A program made the translations under genes and the position numbers. From the NCBI GenBank assembly GCA_016871535.1, contig VHCZ01000003.1:18372-82371 (forward strand): 64,000 nt of DNA, written 5' to 3'. Positions within the stretch are counted from its first letter, which is position 1. Every line of letters starts with the position of its first letter. The stretch is from Verrucomicrobiota bacterium (GTDB lineage: Bacteria; Verrucomicrobiota; Verrucomicrobiia; Limisphaerales; SIBE01). Below the pieces are notes generated by a model. That model saw only the letters and a program-made list of their open reading frames with translations, searched no databases and was not told the origin of the DNA. Of this stretch, positions 61,471 to 64,000 are shown piece by piece.

Positions 61471-63936
61471 ATGTTCAGAAATATTGTCGGCTCAGTAGGG
61501 CTCTCATTGGCGCTGTGGAGCGGAAACGCCCGCGCCGCCGTAATCTTGTCCGAATCGTTCGAATACCCGGACGGAGTTCTGCAAACCGTGTCATCCGGCA
61601 GATGGACCGGCCACAGCGGCACGACGAACCAGGTCGATGTCGCCCAGGGCGCCCTCAATCTCACGGGCGCGGAGACCCAAGATGTCAACGCGCTCCTGAG
61701 CGGACAACCTTACGCTCCCTCCGATGGCACGGTGCTTTACGCGCGCTTCGATTTGAAGATGGCCACGCTGCCGTCGCGGACGGGCGCTTACTTCGCGCAC
61801 TTCAAAGACGCGACGGACGGCTTTCGCGGCCGCATTTGGGCGCTGACCAACGGCGCCGCGCCCGGTTCATTTCGATTGGGAATCAGTTCGGGATCGGGTT
61901 CATCCGCGGCCGTGGTCCTGAACACGGACCTTCAGCCCGGAATCCGTTACAAAGTTGTTTGCAGCCTGGCGGTGAGCAACGCCGCGGTTTCACTCTGGCT
62001 CAATCCCGTGGTCGAGGCCGACGCTCATGTCTCGGCGGAACCCAGCAGCGGCGTTTCCGTCGCGGCATTCGCCTTCCGACAGGCCACGGGCATCGGCGCG
62101 ATGGCCATCGACGATTTGGCGGTCGGGACCAGCTTTCGCGACGTGGTGCCCCCGAACGAAACGGCTTCTTCGCCATCCCCGCCGGACGCGCACGAAACCG
62201 CTCCGACGGCGCCGGCACCGGTGATCGTTGAACCCCCTGCGCCCACTCCGGTTTCGCCGCCCTCCACAGTGGGCCTCGCCATCACCGTTCAACCCGAAAG
62301 CCAGACCGTCTTGGCCGGACAGGAAGTTTCCTTCAATGCGCGGGCGCAAGGCGCCGAGCCAATGCGCTTCCAATGGCAGTTCAACCAGGCTGACATTCCC
62401 GCGGCGACGAACCAGATCCTGCGCATTGCCAGCGCCAGTCCCGCGCAGCAGGGCGATTATCGGTTCGTCGTGAAGAACGCCTCAGGCCAGGCCGCCAGCG
62501 TCGCTGCGCGGTTGACGGTGATTGGCCCGGAGCCGCCTCAGATTATCAGCCAGCCGGTCAGCCTGACGATTAACCAGGCGCAAACCGCCAGCTTCGCCGT
62601 CGCGGCGTCGGGCAGCGCGCCGTTGGATTATCAGTGGCGCTTCAATGGCGCTGACATCGCCAGCGCGACGGCATCGACCTTGACCCTGACCAATGTGCAA
62701 CCCAATCAGACCGGCACTTACCGCGTCGGCGTGCGCAACAGCGGCGGGTCGGTGGAAAGTGAACCGGTCGCGCTCACCGTTCTCTTGCCCGTCGTGGAAC
62801 CCCTGCCTGATCCAGCCAAACTGCCGGTCATTCTTTTCACCAACTACCTGGCGAATGTGATCCGCCGGGGCGACCAACTCACGAACACTTTCATCGAACA
62901 CGCCTTGCTCCCCGGGGAATCTCTCACCCTGCGAGTCCGTGTGTCGGCTCCGGCCGAACAAGGGGTCAGGCTTTCCGCGGACACTCGTGGATTGCCGGCT
63001 TCGGCCCGGTGGGAACTCAGCGAAACAACGGGAACGAATTGGGTTGCGACCTTCCGCTTCTCTCCCACGGCCGGCGAAGCGGGCTCGAACTTCGTGGCCA
63101 GCCTTCAGGCCTGGAACGGCGCCGGCACGAATTCGAGTTCGTGGTGGTTCTATGTTCCGACCGAACGGGAACAGCAAATCGTGCTCAGCGAGTTTCTTCC
63201 GAATCCGGCGGCGAGCGAGGCGGCGCCGCATTTCAATCCACTCCGCCGCGCTGAGCCTGCGCCGAATCCCACGTGGCAGGATGAATACATCGAACTGGTC
63301 AACGATTCGGGACGCGACGCCGATCTCTCCCGCTGGGCCCTTTTCGATTCCGAGCACGTGCGCCATCGGTTCGAAGAGCCATTCGTCCTGGGAGCCAGAG
63401 CGGCAGTGGTCATTTATGGCGGCCCGCGAACTGGCTTTCCACCGATGCTTCCTGCACCCACCATTTGGGCCAACGCCAACGCCACCGGGCTTGGTCTGAA
63501 TAATTCCGGCGGCGACACGATCATCCTTCGTAATGCCGAGGGCCGGATGGTGAGCCGCATCGTGTATTCGGCCAGTTCGACCAATGGTTCGCTGACGCGA
63601 TTTCCCACGTTACACGACGATTTCCTGCCGCACGCGAGCGTATCCGTGAACCCGGCTTCGCCGGGGCTTCACTACGACGGACAAAAGTTCAGCGAGATTT
63701 CGCTACGGGCGCCTGCGCCAATCCGGCTTGGGGTGACGCTGGAAAGCCGCACGCGAGCCGTGCTGACGTGGAACGCGGAGCGGAACCAGAGTTACTCCGT
63801 GCTCCAGGCAGAAAATCCGGCCGGGCCATTCTCCGTGCTCGCCACCGGCCTGCGTTTCCCCGATGCAACAGGAAAGTACGAGGTGGAACCATCGAACGCC
63901 GAGACCGCGCGGTTCTACCGAATCAGCCTTCCGTAG
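61471..63936 (+). CDS. Large secreted protein with Ig-like repeats and a lamin-tail-like (LTD) domain
   Basis: AAGGAGG then ATG at 61471 gives the signal peptide MFRNIVGSVGLSLALWSGNARA. Two Ig-like units (QPESQTVLAGQEVSFNARAQGAEPMRFQWQFN; SQPVSLTINQAQTASFAVAASGSAPLDYQWRFNG). LTD-like LSEFLPNP...DEYIELVNDSGRDADLSRWAL. Confidence 0.8.
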   Translation: MFRNIVGSVGLSLALWSGNARAAVILSESFEYPDGVLQTVSSGRWTGHSGTTNQVDVAQGALNLTGAETQDVNALLSGQPYAPSDGTVLYARFDLKMATLPSRTGAYFAHFKDATDGFRGRIWALTNGAAPGSFRLGISSGSGSSAAVVLNTDLQPGIRYKVVCSLAVSNAAVSLWLNPVVEADAHVSAEPSSGVSVAAFAFRQATGIGAMAIDDLAVGTSFRDVVPPNETASSPSPPDAHETAPTAPAPVIVEPPAPTPVSPPSTVGLAITVQPESQTVLAGQEVSFNARAQGAEPMRFQWQFNQADIPAATNQILRIASASPAQQGDYRFVVKNASGQAASVAARLTVIGPEPPQIISQPVSLTINQAQTASFAVAASGSAPLDYQWRFNGADIASATASTLTLTNVQPNQTGTYRVGVRNSGGSVESEPVALTVLLPVVEPLPDPAKLPVILFTNYLANVIRRGDQLTNTFIEHALLPGESLTLRVRVSAPAEQGVRLSADTRGLPASARWELSETTGTNWVATFRFSPTAGEAGSNFVASLQAWNGAGTNSSSWWFYVPTEREQQIVLSEFLPNPAASEAAPHFNPLRRAEPAPNPTWQDEYIELVNDSGRDADLSRWALFDSEHVRHRFEEPFVLGARAAVVIYGGPRTGFPPMLPAPTIWANANATGLGLNNSGGDTIILRNAEGRMVSRIVYSASSTNGSLTRFPTLHDDFLPHASVSVNPASPGLHYDGQKFSEISLRAPAPIRLGVTLESRTRAVLTWNAERNQSYSVLQAENPAGPFSVLATGLRFPDATGKYEVEPSNAETARFYRISLP

Positions 63937-63952
63937 GGGAACATTCTTAACA

Positions 63953-63979
63953 GGAGGCAACGGAGGCAACGGAGAGCAA
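63953..63979. repeat. Tandem 9-nt-period array at window edge
   Basis: ggaggcaac ggaggcaac ggagagcaa. Any partner would lie beyond the window. Confidence 0.6.
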
Positions 63980-64000
63980 TGGGAATCAAATTGGCGGCGC

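Overview
GC-rich bacterial chromosomal window read entirely by eye. No HMM, BLAST or folding tools were used, so family names are recollections of motifs, not search results. The gene content suggests a Verrucomicrobiota or other PVC-type organism: a prepilin-like [10 protein letters not shown] protein, a PSCyt1-WD40 protein, a DUF1080 protein, and large Ig/LTD and FG-GAP secreted proteins. This placement is inference only. I support about 55 CDS, mostly housekeeping. They include two peptide-type ABC ATPases, ilvN-ilvC, ffh, an SDR plus Gfo/Idh/MocA pair, fba, a sigma-54 response regulator, a TerC-family protein, an NhaR-like LysR regulator, an FKBP isomerase and oppABC-like genes. Also present are pgk-tpiA-secG, an ECF sigma factor, glnD, aroK, queG, a DDAH-like enzyme, a fused membrane/spermidine-synthase-like protein, a prolyl oligopeptidase, a lactate permease, cdsA-dxr and an M20 hydrolase. 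I saw no rRNA, tRNA, CRISPR array, integrase or transposase. The points most worth a second look are these. (1) A periplasmic rhodanese is interrupted by an in-frame TGA where a conserved Cys is expected, making it a selenocysteine candidate. (2) A 17-codon leader peptide with six consecutive Val codons, followed by a terminator, abuts the ilvN start. (3) A small decayed defence-type island at 35.9-40.2 kb holds a BsuBI/PstI-like R-M pair, a DUF262 relic, and an uncharacterised GNAT-like multi-ORF cassette bracketed by partial direct repeats. (4) The repeat load is unusually dense and diverse. It includes several GT[AG]G-headed REP/REPIN-like palindrome families and a roughly 150-bp GGGGAGCACACGCGCC family. 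It also includes two roughly 280-bp elements whose stems co-vary, and a recurring pattern of inverted 7-8-nt-period tandem arrays between cistrons. (5) Several relics or pseudogenes are present: an EEP gene with an in-frame TAG, a nucleotidyltransferase fragment and a frameshifted pseudopilin-like gene. Many long ORFs in the supplied track are antisense shadows or repeat read-through and were not called.
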